In this document: in pieces, positions 29,701 to 53,099 of the stretch
Numbering within the stretch: position 1 is the first letter of the stretch
Layout: each line of letters starts with the position of its first letter
Origin: Chrysomallon squamiferum
Taxonomy: Eukaryota > Animalia > Mollusca
Assembly: GCA_012295275.1 (NCBI GenBank)
Contig: CM022679.1
Span: 17,422,001 to 17,486,000 of the forward strand
DNA: 64,000 nucleotides
Direction of reading: 5' to 3'
The notes under the pieces: generated by a model
Told to the model about the DNA's origin: nothing
The model's input: only the letters and a program-made list of their open reading frames with translations
The model's database searches: none
Position numbers and translations under genes: made by a program

Positions 29701-32700
29701 TCTATTAATTTCTTTATTTTTGTGTCGCTTGAAAAGTGTTGATTTTGTGTTGGAGAGTGTAATTCATTTATCAGTTGCTTCAGATGTCAGAAACAGAACT
29801 CCTCTTCAGTAAAATAGAAATGTTTTATTTTAACAGTTAATTATTACTAAATAATTTACAAATAAATGATGTAGTTTTGACTTATTTCTTGTATGGAACC
29901 TTGAGCTCCTGTAAATAATTTGTCCATAAATTTTGATTTTTTTTCTTCTAATAAATACAAATACCTGTAAAATTTTATGTTTGTTTTATTAAACCTTTTG
30001 CAAATGTTTTTGTTGTAGATTTAATTGTGTACTTTATAGAGTTCAAAACATTCTCAACAGATCAAAGTTTGTATCGTTTATGCATTGAAAGTAAATCGAT
30101 TATACTGAAGTGTGCATTAACCTTTAACTATTATTATTTTAATTTTTAATTTTTAATACTGTTATCATTTTCAATATTTTTACTTTTACCTGAATGTGGT
30201 TGGTACAGAAATTATGTACTAAAATATTATAGCATTAAAAAAAAAAAATGAATGTTATAGGTGATTTCTTATCTGAATGATTGATTTTGCTTTTGCAAAG
30301 ATGTATTTTCTTTCTCCTATATACACTTTTCAGGCGAAACAAGGTAGCTGCATGCATTTATCTGCATTTGTAACATGGGACATGGGTTGGGCACCCAACA
30401 ATTATGGTGTTACTGGTATTATGTCACTCAGAGGGAAGACATGCAATATTGTTGCACAAGTTGTCATTTGAAGCACGTGGGTGGTTAGGGGGTTATTAAT
30501 TAAAATGAAATTATAATGTAAGATACTTTTTACTGTTTTTTAAGTTCAGATTTATAATTTGTTTTTGTTTTTAAATAAATGACATTTTCAGATTCAAGGA
30601 ATCAAATAAAAATCTGAAAATTTTTGTATTTTTAATGGATGAAATACTTTTCAAAGGAGAGGTCTTTTGAAATTCCAAAATGGAGCAGATGATAAACAGA
30701 AAACTAAATATTTTGAAATGAACATTTGCGATCCTTCTTAAGTAGTTTTTAATCATACATTAATTTGATATTTAAAAAAAAAAAAAAAAATAACTTATAC
30801 TACCTTTTTAAAATGGTGATAATTTTAAAAAAAAATACAAATGGTGCATTAACAGCAAGCTACACAAATCACTGGATATGCTTGATTTACAAATTTCACA
30901 TGCCTGTCACATTTTTAATTATTATTTTTTAATCGTAACAAAATGGATGTGTAATGACATTTTCTTTGAAGTGTCTCAGTGGTACAGTGCCTTTCTCGGT
31001 TTGTTTCAGGAGGGAGGCGTGTCTACCGTCGTTAGTTCTTCTAGTCTTCTCTTTCTCTACCAAGACGTTCATAAAAGGATGTACAGTATGTTTAATATGC
31101 TTTAGAAATAAAATTTTCGTCACTTATTCAAATGTCGCTAATCATAAATGGCATCCAGCACCTTTCACATACAGTTTAATCTCTTTTTGTTTTTGTTTTT
31201 TTGTTTTTTTGGTTGTTGTTTTTTATGACAGAAGGGGGAAAGAAGTTAAGTGTCAAAAAGTTGTATTAATACACCATCTTCTCATATTCATTTTTGAGGA
31301 ATTTTTTTGTTTTGTGTTTATTATTTATTTTCATTATTTAAGAAAGATATTTTTATAGCTAAAATATTGAATTTAAAAGTATTGTAATTTTTATCATGGA
31401 ATAAAAACTGTGACACTGAAGTTTCTGTTTAATATTTGCTATTAATTATGACTGATTTTCGAAGTTCATTGTTGCTCACAAACATTTGGTTTTCCTGTTT
31501 TAGCTTTATTGGTGTATGGTGCCATTCATAATTGGTGATTTTCATTGAAGTAAGTAAAGTTAACAAATAAACTAGGTTTTAATCAGTTCCTGAATTTAGA
31601 TGGCTATTTAAAATCTGTTTATACACTTGTTCATTTATTTTATTTTTTATTTTTTAAAAGATATATTTAAAAAAAAAAAAATAACGTTACTTTTATATAT
31701 TTTTATTTTTTATTTTTTAAAGAATAGGAAACAGGGTTGCATGTTGGGTGGGTTATTTAAAAACCTTTGCTTTAGATTCTTTTTATTTAGTTTACAAAGC
31801 TTAGATAGTTCTTTTATAATCCTTCTTTTGCGTAAAAATACACTATCATTCAACCTCAGTATAATACATTGGCTTGACCAATCCTTTGATGTGTGTGAAG
31901 TAAATGATTGTTTCATACATCACTGTCTCATCTCTGCTGTGGCTGTTCCTTACCACAGATTACATATTCTAAACAAAATTGGTTAGGTATTTTTGCAAAT
32001 TTTTCTTCTCTTTTCTGTTTTGATTTTAACACTCTCCCTCTTTTATTGGTCAAAAGAGCCACAGACACATACTAAATGTGTGATTGATAGATTAATATGA
32101 TTTTGTTTCAGAAAACAGTGAAACAGTTTCATAACTTTGTTTCTGTTTAATGTTATGATGTAGAATTTTCTAAATGTATAGATTCATAAAACATTTATAC
32201 ACATAATCCAGTTCTCAAATGACATATTTGCAAATTAAACTTAACATTTTTGGTAACTTCTTGTAGGAATTTATATTTATGTATTATATATTTATTTAAA
32301 CAAAGATAAATGGTATCATGAGGTATTTAAAACAATGACGTTTAAATAAGATCATCTTGATTTATTTTCTTTCAATTTTGCTACAATCAATATTTATTTA
32401 CTTCTTTTTGGATATAAAATTGGATATTCACATTAAAATTTTGTAAGTAAAATGTTTTTAATATAACTAATGTAAAATAATAAAGTATAAGTTTAAAAAA
32501 ATTGTTGACCAAAATGATTGAGAATAGAAATGAATGATAAAGTTAGTAAATAATAATTTGTGGTAAGGGACAGACTCAGCATGTTTTAGTTTCTATTTTT
32601 TTTCTATAAAATATTTTTAGGATTCAGTTTGCTATTTGTTGGGTTTATGCAGATAAATACCTTCGTTTTTTCTTTTTTTTTTATTGGAAGAATTAAGTGA

Positions 32701-35700
32701 AATTCTAACAAAGAAAATTAAATTTGTGCTTTATTGTTATTGTTGTTGTTAGTAGTAGTAGTAGTAGCAGTAGTACTAGTAGTAGTAGTAGTATATTTGC
32801 AGTAAAATAAATTTTTAATAAAAACATTTGTTGTTTTCTAACTTAAGAGAAAACTGAAATAATATTTTTGAAGTGACTGAGGCATTTTCATTTACAGCTG
32901 TATAAACCCTACAATTGCTGTATACTGGACTAATGCACACATATATGTATCAATTTAATTTTTATATTTATTAACTTTTTAAAATTTTGAATTGTGTGTT
33001 TATTCAAAACTTATGTTTTATTTAACAATTTTTTTGAGCCAAGACACCATTGTGTATCCTGTTGTGTTAGAATGTAATGTCTGAAGTAACAAGCAATATC
33101 AGTTGCTCTGTATTTATTTTTAAAAATATTTACAAATTGTTAACAACTATCACTAGTTTTCAACCTGGTAAAGTCTTTTTTGGATTTGCACAGTTTAAAA
33201 ATGTTTATTGATGGTTATTTTCATTCTGAGTGGGGTGTGAGAGACGTGGGGTTGGTGTTTTATATGTGTGTGTGTGTAATATTTTCATTTTCTTCTTTTT
33301 TTTCATACTACACTTTCCTGCATTTAGATACACATACACTTTTAAAATTTAAAAAGTAAATAATGAAATCAGTATTTGGAGGTAAGTAGAAATTGATAAG
33401 ACATATAATTCAACAGAAATGGTACAGATCTAGAAACGTCTTTACCAGTTAAAATGTATTTTACATTAAATCTAATTAAGTTAAAAAGAAAACGTTGTTA
33501 AAAAAAAAAATATTAATAACGGTGAATATTTGATGGGCATTGGTTATACCTTTAAAATGTATTAGTTTTATATGTACAGTGTTCTAATTTGTTCAAAAAT
33601 ATATTTAGTAAAAACATGAAAGATCATTGGTAAAATGATATGTGTACCTAGTGCAAACTGAATTTTATTGCTGTCACTCAGGCATGCATGTTTATCACAT
33701 TAATAGAAACTCTAATACTACTGTTGTGTTTATGTGCATATTCTAAATTTGAAAAGTGTGTGAGTATTTGTTTATATTATTTTAGCAGAGTGTAATGTTT
33801 TTTTTACTGTGTTGTTACAGCAGTGAAAATTACCACAGAGACGAAGCCTGAGTTGAATAGTTATTGTGACTTCTGTTTGGGGGATGCTGCTGACAACAAG
33901 AAAACACAACAGCCAGAGGAACTTGTGTCCTGTAGTGACTGTGGAAGATCAGGTTATTTACTTATTTGTTTTTCAAAAACATTTCATGCAAACTGTACTG
34001 TCTGACAACATCTTCATATGACCATACCATACATTTTTTGGGGGTATGAAAAGTTGTTCAGTTCATATAGACCTGTCATTTTCATTCTAAAATCATCTTA
34101 CAGACACTGTTCCATAATCTTACCTGCTTTTAAGAAATAACATATTCCAGCTATATGCAGCTTAAGGATTTCTTCCAAAACAGCTAACTTTTCTTTATGC
34201 ATAATGAATTCAACTTTATAAAGTTGATGGTGTCCATTTCAAAACTAAATCATAATTTTATCTAATACAGTATATTTATGCTTGACTTGCAACACTCTAG
34301 AGAAACACTGATTTTCATTTAATGTTTGTAAAAACAAAGTTAGTGGTTTTACATGAAAATAGCTAATTTTATATGACAAAAATGATAGTTTATTGCAGTT
34401 GGTGGATATTCTGCAGAAGATACTAATTAAAAAGAATTAAATAAAAAGATATCAGATTACTATTGTCCATAATACTCATCACAAACTTTTCTCTTCTTGA
34501 TTTTCACATTTCTTCCCTACTTGTAATTTAATAGCATATCATATTTTCAGGTCATCCCACATGTCTTCAATTTACACAGAATATGATAGTGTCTGTAAAG
34601 AAATACCCATGGCAGTGCATTGAATGCAAGTCATGTGGACTTTGTGGTACCTCAGAAAACGATGTAAGTTTTATCTACTGTTACAAAACCTAACTTTTAA
34701 TGGGTTATTATTTTTTTTTCAACAGAAAGTTACAAATGGTATTGTTCCCATCTAATCTTCAGTATGCCTTCAGTTATGATTTATAAAGTATGAATGTTTC
34801 TTTCATTTAAAAAATTAAGTATCACCACACTGTAATAGGAAAGATTTGTAAAAATTCTGAATTCTTTACTTTCAAGCAAACTTAGATGGCAGCAGAACAT
34901 ATTTCCAGTGAATAAAGACATCAGCTTGTACAAACTATGTATACACTTAGCCATCTGTCTTTTTAATGTTTTCTTGATAGGAACAAGTTTTATTACACTG
35001 CAGTGAAAATAACTGGAGATTAGCATCCAAAAGGTCATTTAACTAAAATTCCATTATAAAATGTATTAAAAATATTTAGTATTGATTTGTATTAAATGTT
35101 TCAGGATCAGCTGCTGTTCTGTGATGACTGTGATCGAGGTTATCACATGTACTGTCTGACACCGCAGTTGCATGAGGCTCCAGAAGGTGAATTTTACTTT
35201 TTTTTTTTTTTTTTTTTCATCGTGCAATTTTTTTACTATTATTGCATGCTCTTGTAAAAAGATTATGGCTTTTGATGAATAGTTTGATTACAATTCCTGA
35301 ATTGGTAATTGGCAAAATGTTTAATACAATTCAATAAGACACCTGTAATGTTATAAAAGCGTTCTGCACCTTACTGTAAGTTTTTGTTAAATTATAGCCC
35401 GTTAAAATCAAGTCTGTTATTTGTGATATAATTACACAGTATAGCTCTAAAACTGGCATTATATGTTTCTGTTCTTATCTATTGATTAAGGATATTAATA
35501 CCTTGGTTATTTTTGAATAAGCAGATATGTAACAGTTTACTGTTTGACTGTTATTTATGTGTAGTTAAAATTTTTGTTTATATAGGCAGCTGATTCCTTT
35601 TTTTATATCTGTATTACAGTTCAATTATTTAGAAATAAGTAATATTATTTCCAGTATGTTAATAAATCAAATCTGTTTTTATATACGTGTTACAGTATAA

Positions 35701-35849
35701 TTATTTAGTTATAAACAAAAGTAAATTATTTCAAATATCTAAAAAATGTATTTTTCTTAAACTCATGTTATTCACTTTTAGGCAATTGGAGTTGTCATCT
35801 GTGTATTGAAGAGTTCCACGGAGGTAAGAAACCAGCAGGTATGCAGTGA
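22905..35849 (+). CDS. DPF2: d4/DPF/Requiem family BAF-complex subunit (BAF45-like; Requiem N domain, C2H2 finger, double PHD), paralog A, about 392 aa
   Basis: Exons 22905-22945, 25887-26050, 26320-26442, 26698-26745 (less certain 48-nt exon), 27171-27367, 27923-28010, 28273-28395, 33821-33952, 34551-34663, 35105-35186 and 35782-35849 join in consistent phase (1179 nt). Motifs: [119 protein letters not shown]. The symbol denotes the family; it is co-orthologous to vertebrate DPF1/2/3 and fly d4. Confidence 0.95.
24870..25263 (-). mobile_element. Probable non-autonomous DNA-transposon fragment in DPF intron 1
   Basis: GC-richer island with clustered AAGGTCA repeats (24892-24960). It ends in a terminus-like GGGTCATTCTGTGTCAAATCACCC on the minus strand abutting a (TA)n tract. 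The partner TIR was not found. Confidence 0.5.
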
Positions 35850-38800
35850 ATGTTTCTATTGTTAGAGTGAAGAAATAGCTTACTGTCAAAGTGAAGTTCA
35901 TAGACTGAGTGTAGAGTGTGATCACTCTAAGTTTTGACACGTCCTTTTAAAAAACCACAGAGGTCACAACTGGAGATAATTCTCATTTATTACCATTCAT
36001 AACACCATCCACTACAACATTGGTATGTACATCACCATATGAAGCATAAATTGTTGTTGTCATTTGTTCTTTCCTGAAAATAAGGTATTTTTATGTCTAT
36101 TTTAATGTAGTGTTATTAAAAGAAAAATATTGTATGCAAACAAAAAAATGTGCGATGAAGTGGAGTTGATCTTTTATAAATTAAATCATGTTAATAAATG
36201 AAAAACTTTCAGTGTTGTGGTTCTTAGAATTTTGTTTTTATTTACCTCATGATTGTGTTTTATCTAGAATTTTTCAAAGACAAATATTTTGCAATGTATC
36301 AATGTTCTTTTTTTATTCTTGAATATTTTTAAATAATAATTTTTTCTGGGTTTATTTCATGAGAAGAATCTTTAAGAAATTATTGTTTCTTTTATGTGTA
36401 TGAGACAAAAATAAATTTTGAAAAAACAAAAGATTTTACCTTTAAAACACAAAAAAACTAAAATAAATTCACCTCACTGACTCTACCTGTCTTTATTATT
36501 AACCTTTTGTCTCTTAATGCAAGCAATAAGTTTTTAAATATAAAACAAGTCTTAATTATTATTCTGTTTACTGGAATGATAGGCATTTTTAAACATTTTT
36601 AATACTTGTAGTCTGTTACCAGAGTTTGAACAAATAAACTGGTTTGAAGATTGAAGACTCGGACACAAATCTTGTTAAAATTAAAATAATAATCATAATA
36701 CTGTCAAAATTTTTATTTAAAGTCTTCATATTATTTATATTTTAATATGTAAAAGTCAAATTATTATTATTATTATTTTTTATTATTTCACAGATTATTG
36801 TTATTGTTACTAAAATTCTTTGCTTGTTCATGTTGTTCTGGCAAACAATAATAACAAAGAGGAAACCATTAAAATGCTTATGACTTCCAGAATTTAATTA
36901 GTCATTACAGTAAGCAGTTTTAGGTGTTTTTTTTTTTTTTTGTTTTCTTTTTTTACACATAAAAGTAAATAATCAGATATGATAATTTTAGTTTGAATTG
37001 AGGTACAGAATACTTACTATTTCTTGTTCTGAAATATATTTGTCTCTTCTGGAGCTGGTACATATAAATAGTACAATGTCAGGGTTATTATTTTATTTTT
37101 TAAAGATAGTTTATTTTATAAATTTTGTAGTATTTTTTAAAAATATTTCTTTAGCCTTACACTTACTACAGCAATCAGTATGTATTTTTATTTAATTGTA
37201 TAAAAACAGCTAAGAAGAAACCCAAATGAACAAAAAACAAATTCAGCTAAACTAACTGGACCAAAAGGAAAGGGAATATATATATATATATATAAAACAA
37301 CAAAGTTTAGGCAAATAAAAATTCTGGCATTTAGATTAGTTTGTTACAAAATATTTTCTGACATTTGTAGTTACGAATCTGCAGTTTCTTCCAGAGCAGA
37401 CATTGTCATTCACTTGTAACAACCAGTCTACTTGTTTTCACATATATATAACATTAATATTTGTCATTCTGTACCATTTCTTCATCCTCTTATGTTATGT
37501 TACCCATTCATTGCCATGTCAGTTTATTATGTCATTTTATATATGTTAATGTCATTCTTTTATCAATATCTGTCACCATTATTTATGACAAAAAAATACA
37601 GTAGACTGACCTTACAAATATATCCAAAACATTGTTAAAAATAATGAAATAAAATGAATTGTCATATTTAGCATCATTAAACTTCAATGTTTGTGCAATA
37701 ACATATCTTAAAATTCATATCACATTAAATAAATAAAATATCATTCTGTTTTTGTTGTTACATTTCATGAGAATCAATCTGTTGTGTGTATGTTTGTATA
37801 TTATATAAACAGTTTATTAATAGTCTGGTTAAACTGGAGAGCTATCTGCATAATGCATATTCAAAGCCATTTTTTTAAAGTACATAATATATTCTAATTA
37901 AAATGTCACCAACTTATTGAATGTGTTATCACTGCTGTATGTGGTTGTCTATTCATGTAATAATTTGTAAATTACTTGTACTTTAAAAAGTCCTTATAAA
38001 CCAATTCAGTAAATAAATAACAAAAAATAAAAATCTTTCCAAAAACATATCTATTTTATTTGTTAAATTTGTTTATGTGCACCAAGTACTTATTCCTAGC
38101 ACCATTATGTCTTTCTAAGCCGTGTGTTGTTATATATTATTTAACAATTTTAGCTTAGCAGGTTTCTGTGGATTGTATAATTTTATTTGCTAAAATGTAA
38201 TCATTAACAGTTGTTGATAAGTGTAAATTGTAATATAGGAAAAGAGCATCCCAGTGGATGTGAAAAAGAGAGAAAGAAAAAAAGAAACATATTTAAGTAA
38301 ACAGCCCTACCTAATTTGTGAAACTATCCAGGAAGAGGAACTAGTAAGTGGGAGGTAATATGACAGTGCCAGAAGCAGCAATTACCTGCTGCAGTAAAAC
38401 AACTAGAAAATTGTATCAGTTATTTTTATAGATCATCTCTGAGGCTTTATTAACATGCAGAAGAGCTCTGGAAAATTACCTCGATTTACTATGGTCATCA
38501 TAAAGTACTACATAAACTAAACTAGAAAACAATATAAACTAATATTTAAAAAAAAAAAAAAAAAAAATTCCCTTTGGTCAACATAAAAAAGAATAAAACC
38601 CTCTGCCAAAACAAAGTGCTGCTTTTTCAATTAGCAGCAAGCAGCATTAGGGAAGAGTTCTGAAATTACATGTAAAAGAATATATGCATGTGCATTTGTA
38701 TTTATGCCTGTCACTGAATAAATATTACACAACAACTATAACTGTTATATAAAACAAATACATATATATATATATATGTATGTAAAAATAATAATGGGCA

Positions 38801-41800
38801 AGACCCATTATGTGCAGTACCATCCATCTTGTAGTAAACTATAACATAAAATCAAAACAAAATCGAGAAGTATGAAAATATTATTTATTAACTTTAACAT
38901 TATACTTTTTTTATTCCAGCGAATGGAAAGAACATGATAAAGATATACTACTTTCAGATAAGCACTTTCTTCAGTTTGTCAATTTGGCTGTCGAAGGCAG
39001 CTTGTTATTTCCTATACACTGGTAAATACAAAGGTTTCAAATAGAAGATAACATTTGGACTAGCTATAATGACTCATTTCTTGATCACATTATGTCTTAA
39101 AAGGTACTGACGTTGAATGTTGTGGTTTACAATGTTCAAGTGGAACTGAAATTTGACACTATGTAAACTAATATATTTATACACTTACTGAAAGTCATAT
39201 ACAAATAATTTAAAATACTGTCATTTCATTTCCCACACTGGTAACTTAAAAGAAGAAAAACACATACCCAATGTCCATATTTTAACTTCATATAGAATAT
39301 TGTTTATTATAAATGATCATAATTTACCGTCACCTTAGTTTGAAGTTAGCTAGGTATACAGGTAATCTAAATGTGTGATATGTAAAAACACAGAAAATAA
39401 CCCTATTCTTTGTTAAAGTAATTTCAACAAAAACAAGACTTTTTTTCTTAATTTTTTTGTCAAAAACACAATGCTGTAACACTGTAGAGATATTAACATA
39501 CACCAGTAACAATTTAACAAACATAACATTTCTTCTGAACTGAAACAGAAATATTTAACAATTAACAATTGCCATTTCAATCAATTGCATCAAATGTATC
39601 CTGTATGATCTAAGTAAGCCAGATGGACTGGTCAGTTGCTTGTCAAACAGGATTATAAAATATGAAAATCAAAAACAATCCAGTCCACACTTTCATTTAA
39701 AAGGTCAGTCCTGCAACAATGAATCCATTGCATCTGAAGTCCGTGTTTTTTTTTAATACAGGCAGCTGCTTTTTGGTTTATAATAAATGCAAGTGAAATA
39801 TTTTATATTTTAAAAAGTTCTAAAAAAGAATTTCTGATTAAAAACAGTCTTTTGCTGCCATCACAGATAATTGTATACTGTAAAAACCACAGAAATAATG
39901 AAAAATGCCACATTACTGAACAGTATCAAACCAGAGAGAAAACTAGTCTAAGAAAACATATGCAAAGACTGAAAATAACCCTACTTCACAATGATAAAAT
40001 TGTTGGTCCTCAGGACTTAAAATACACCATGATAAGAACAATATCTTACTGAACTTGTTGGGCTAGAAAATTTATGATTTCGTCAGTAACAGTAACTAAC
40101 TACAAGAATTTGGGTGCAGTTACTTCAGAGAAAAATGAGGTTTTTGTCATAGAACTGTAAATATGATTTATTTTTTCCGATAAATAAATGATAGGTAAAT
40201 ATACATTTAGCTTAACTTATAATAAAGACAAATGAAAAAAAAAATAATAATAATAAATAAATAAATAGTAATAAAAATCTAAAAGAAAGAAGGAACAAGT
40301 CTAAAAACAAAGAGCATGAAATACTACAGTTTATGAAAGTCAATATTTTTTGGCACATGTATAACAGGCCAGATAAAAACCTTGTAGATATGTTGGATAT
40401 GAAATAACTGATATTAAACATGAAAATAACTGTATAAATGAAATTTATTTAAATAGTGCCTTCAGAATAGATGAAACAAAATATTAAATAATTTTTAAAA
40501 ACATTTTATTTATAGTTCTAGTAGCAGTGATGATGATGATAATGATAATAATAATAATGTTAAATCAGATAAGAAATTGATCTTCATCAATTAAATAATA
40601 ACTATAATTTTTTTTGTCTTTAAACAAGCAGATCTATGATTTCAGAAACGTTTGCTGATAAAATGAGTTTCAATAGAACAAAGTGAATGCTTTCAGTGGA
40701 CATGCACGCTACAGTCTACAGGCAACTTCCACTCACCAATTCAATAAATAAATAAATAAATAACAAAAAATAAAAATAATAATAAAAATTGATAAAGGAA
40801 AATTATTTATATGCTGTTTGTATCTGTTCAGATTTTGCAGCAAGAGAAAAACAAATCCACTTTCAGTTATTTATTATTCTGAAATAAGAAAGTCATATGA
40901 TTAATTGAAATATTTGTCTAAGAAGTAATATTACAAAATGTCATCTTACCACAGATATGTAATAAAAACAATGTACAAAATATTTGGAACTTGTATATTG
41001 ATTGTACAAATATTGTATAAAAGTATAAACTTTATCTGGCATTAATTTTAGTATAAAAAAGATGTTGTTTTGGCCACATGTTGGGTGGGTTGGTTACAGC
41101 ATTTTCATGATAAATCACATAACATGGTGAATTTAATATACCTATACTACATTCAGACTTTCTCTTTCTCTGAAACATTTTTAGCCTGATTTTAGGAACA
41201 TTTCATTTTAATCATTTAAAAGATCACAAGATTTTGTGTATCTGATATCTTTTTAACCTGATACTAGAAACATTTCATCTGAATCATTTAAAATCTCTGT
41301 ACCTGGAACCACATATATATATTTTTTTTTTCATCTTGTGCACGATTCTAAAAATTTCATCTTAATCATTAAAAAAATAGATGCATATATGAATAAAATG
41401 TGTTTTCTAGATTTGCTTAAATAACAATTGAAGCAATAATTTTTTACAATGTAAACAAAATAAATAAATAAATAAAAATAGAAAATAATAAAAAATAAGA
41501 AGTAAATTAATAAAAATCAACAAAACTGAATAAAAATAATAGTCAACTGTTGTTTTCTTTTTTAAAATTAATATTCTAAAACCAACCAAAAATTTATTAC
41601 AAAAGAATCAAAATGTATGCCAAAAAAATATGTCTGACGAAAAGGTTTATATACATTTAAATATACACAAGACAAAGTATTGGAACTGGAGAAAAATGGA
41701 GGACAAAGAGATGGAAACAGAGAAATATAAGAATTTGATGATAAAATAGGTGTTCTTATAAGAATGAAGAAAAGAATTTGAGTGATGTATCAAATCATGT

Positions 41801-43027
41801 ACAATTAAGATACAGTGATGAAAATTGATTAATCTTGATTCTTATTTACATGTATGATGTACATGTACATATAAACATATATACCAGTTGTTATATACAT
41901 ACATACATACAAAGTATTATCTACAAAATAATAATTATAAAAAAAAAAAAAAAAAATTTGTTTATAAACAGTTGCACCATTCAACTTTATTTTAGAAAAT
42001 TTCAGTTATAATCACAACATTTTTAGAATGTTATGTCTAATGAAGAATCAAGTCATGGTTATATTTTATTATTTCGTTTTCCTTTTTCACTTCTAGAGAC
42101 TGTAATTTCACATAAAGTCTTCTGAGCACTTACTGGAATTGGAAAACAAATTAACTGTATGATCAAATATACAAGTATCTCATACACTATTAAACATTTT
42201 AGGAATAAAATATTCAAACTTAGTCAAAAACTCCAGCACCATGAAAAATACTGAATGAAAAGTATTGTATACAGTTATTAAAATATATTTCATTTTCCAA
42301 AAGCAAAACTTATTTTAAAAATTATACTTATTCTTGAACAGATTAATTTGCTAGACTTTGAAATATTGTCCTTATTGTTGAAGAATAATTAAAAATACCA
42401 ACATTTGTTACTACAAAAGCAATTATCTATTACTTGTATGTGCTCTGAGACAATATGATCCCATACTAAATTAAAAAAAATAAAATAAATACAAGTAATT
42501 TAAAAAAAAAAAAAGCCTGAATAATTTTCATTACTTCTGAAATTATATCTAAATTTTTAATAATATTTTTGTGCAAAATGTTATGCTCTCATTATAAGAA
42601 GTACATTGTGTCACAAATGAAACTACAAAAATCTGAATTAATGTCATTTCCACTGCATGATTCTGTGAAATGAAAAAAGTCAGCACTAATTTAATCAGAA
42701 TGCATCTTAAAATAATAACTCTTAACACTCATTTTTATTTTAAATTTATTTTTTATCTTCTTTTTCAGTTTAAAATAACAATATAAAAAGATAAAAACAA
42801 CAGATGGATTAGGGTTAAGTTGCCCTCACAACTCACTTATCTTTCTTCACTGAATTATTATATGAAAAGATTTTTTAAATACTCTTCTAAATTCAAATAT
42901 ATATTTTTAGAAGGAAGAAAAAGATAATAATAATAATAAATGTATTACTTCCTAATCAGAACATTTTTAAAATACTGAAAGAAAAATTCATTAAATTCAA
43001 AAAATAAAAAATAAAAAATAAAAAAAA

Positions 43028-43059
<32 letters not shown>

Positions 43060-44213
43060 AATAATAATATTAAAAGAAAAAAGAAAAAAACCAACACAAA
43101 ACAATAACAAAAAAACAACAAAAAAAACATCAACAACAAACAAACAATATTAAAATTGTAAATATATATTTTCTTTTTAGCCGAAATAATTAAAATAATG
43201 TTGTATAATCATAAACAGATTATGCATAAATTAAACCTGAGAGAAGTTTTGAAGAAAGATTTGCTCAAACACAATTTCCGCACTTGATTAATCTCTTTTC
43301 TAGGATTAGATTTAAAATATATGCAGTTTTGTAAGATCTATTAAATATTATTTTGATACAATACAAAAAACAACAAAAAAAACCCCCAAAAACGATATCT
43401 ATATTTTGGAGACAAAGGAAGACATTATTTTTTTTTTTTTTTTTTAAATAATATATCAAAAGTATAAAAATATTTTAAAATTTTATGATATAAATCATTT
43501 ATACCAGTGAACAGATTTAACAAGATCAAGATCTGATAGTGAATTAATGTACGATATTGTCTTGGAAATACAGAAAAATAAAGAGGACCAAATCTAGCAC
43601 TGTTTAAAACTGCTGGTGTGTATTAGCCAACATATGCTTTAAAATAAAAGGAAGAAACATCAGTTATATCTATTTCACTTTAGTTACTTCATACTGAAAT
43701 AAAATAGATTGTGATGTTTTATTAGCAACATAGAGGCACTAAATGATATCTGTGATATAAACACTTGTTGATAAATAAAATAAAAATAAATTATTAATTT
43801 TTTTTTCAATGTATTAAAATCAAGTTTATATCAAATATATTGTAAAACTGAGTATTCAGGCAGGCTATCCTTCATTCTGAAACTAATTCTTGTAATATAA
43901 AAAAAGTTTAAAATAGTCAAGATCTTTTTTCACATTATTAAAAAAAAGTAGTTATCCATACAGTAAGATGAATTTCCATTATCCTTTCTTTTATTACTTA
44001 ACTTTACAATACGTTATATCTGATAACTTAAAAACTACAGACACCCCAATCCTATTTTTTAATATCCTTTCTTTCTAAATCACTGCTCTTCAGGATGGGA
44101 GGGGTAGAGCACACAACACAAATCTGACTTTTAGTGCACCATGATATTTAAACCTACCTGTGGAAAATGTACATTTTTTTCAAAATGAAGTATATGAACT
44201 AGAGTAGTCGTGG

Positions 44214-53099
<8,886 letters not shown>

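Noticed and set aside
30878-31986. Hydrophobic ORFs of 60-134 aa in introns and UTRs, here and throughout the window
   Set aside because: Their F/L/I/K bias reflects AT-rich and poly-T sequence, and they contain no recognisable domains.
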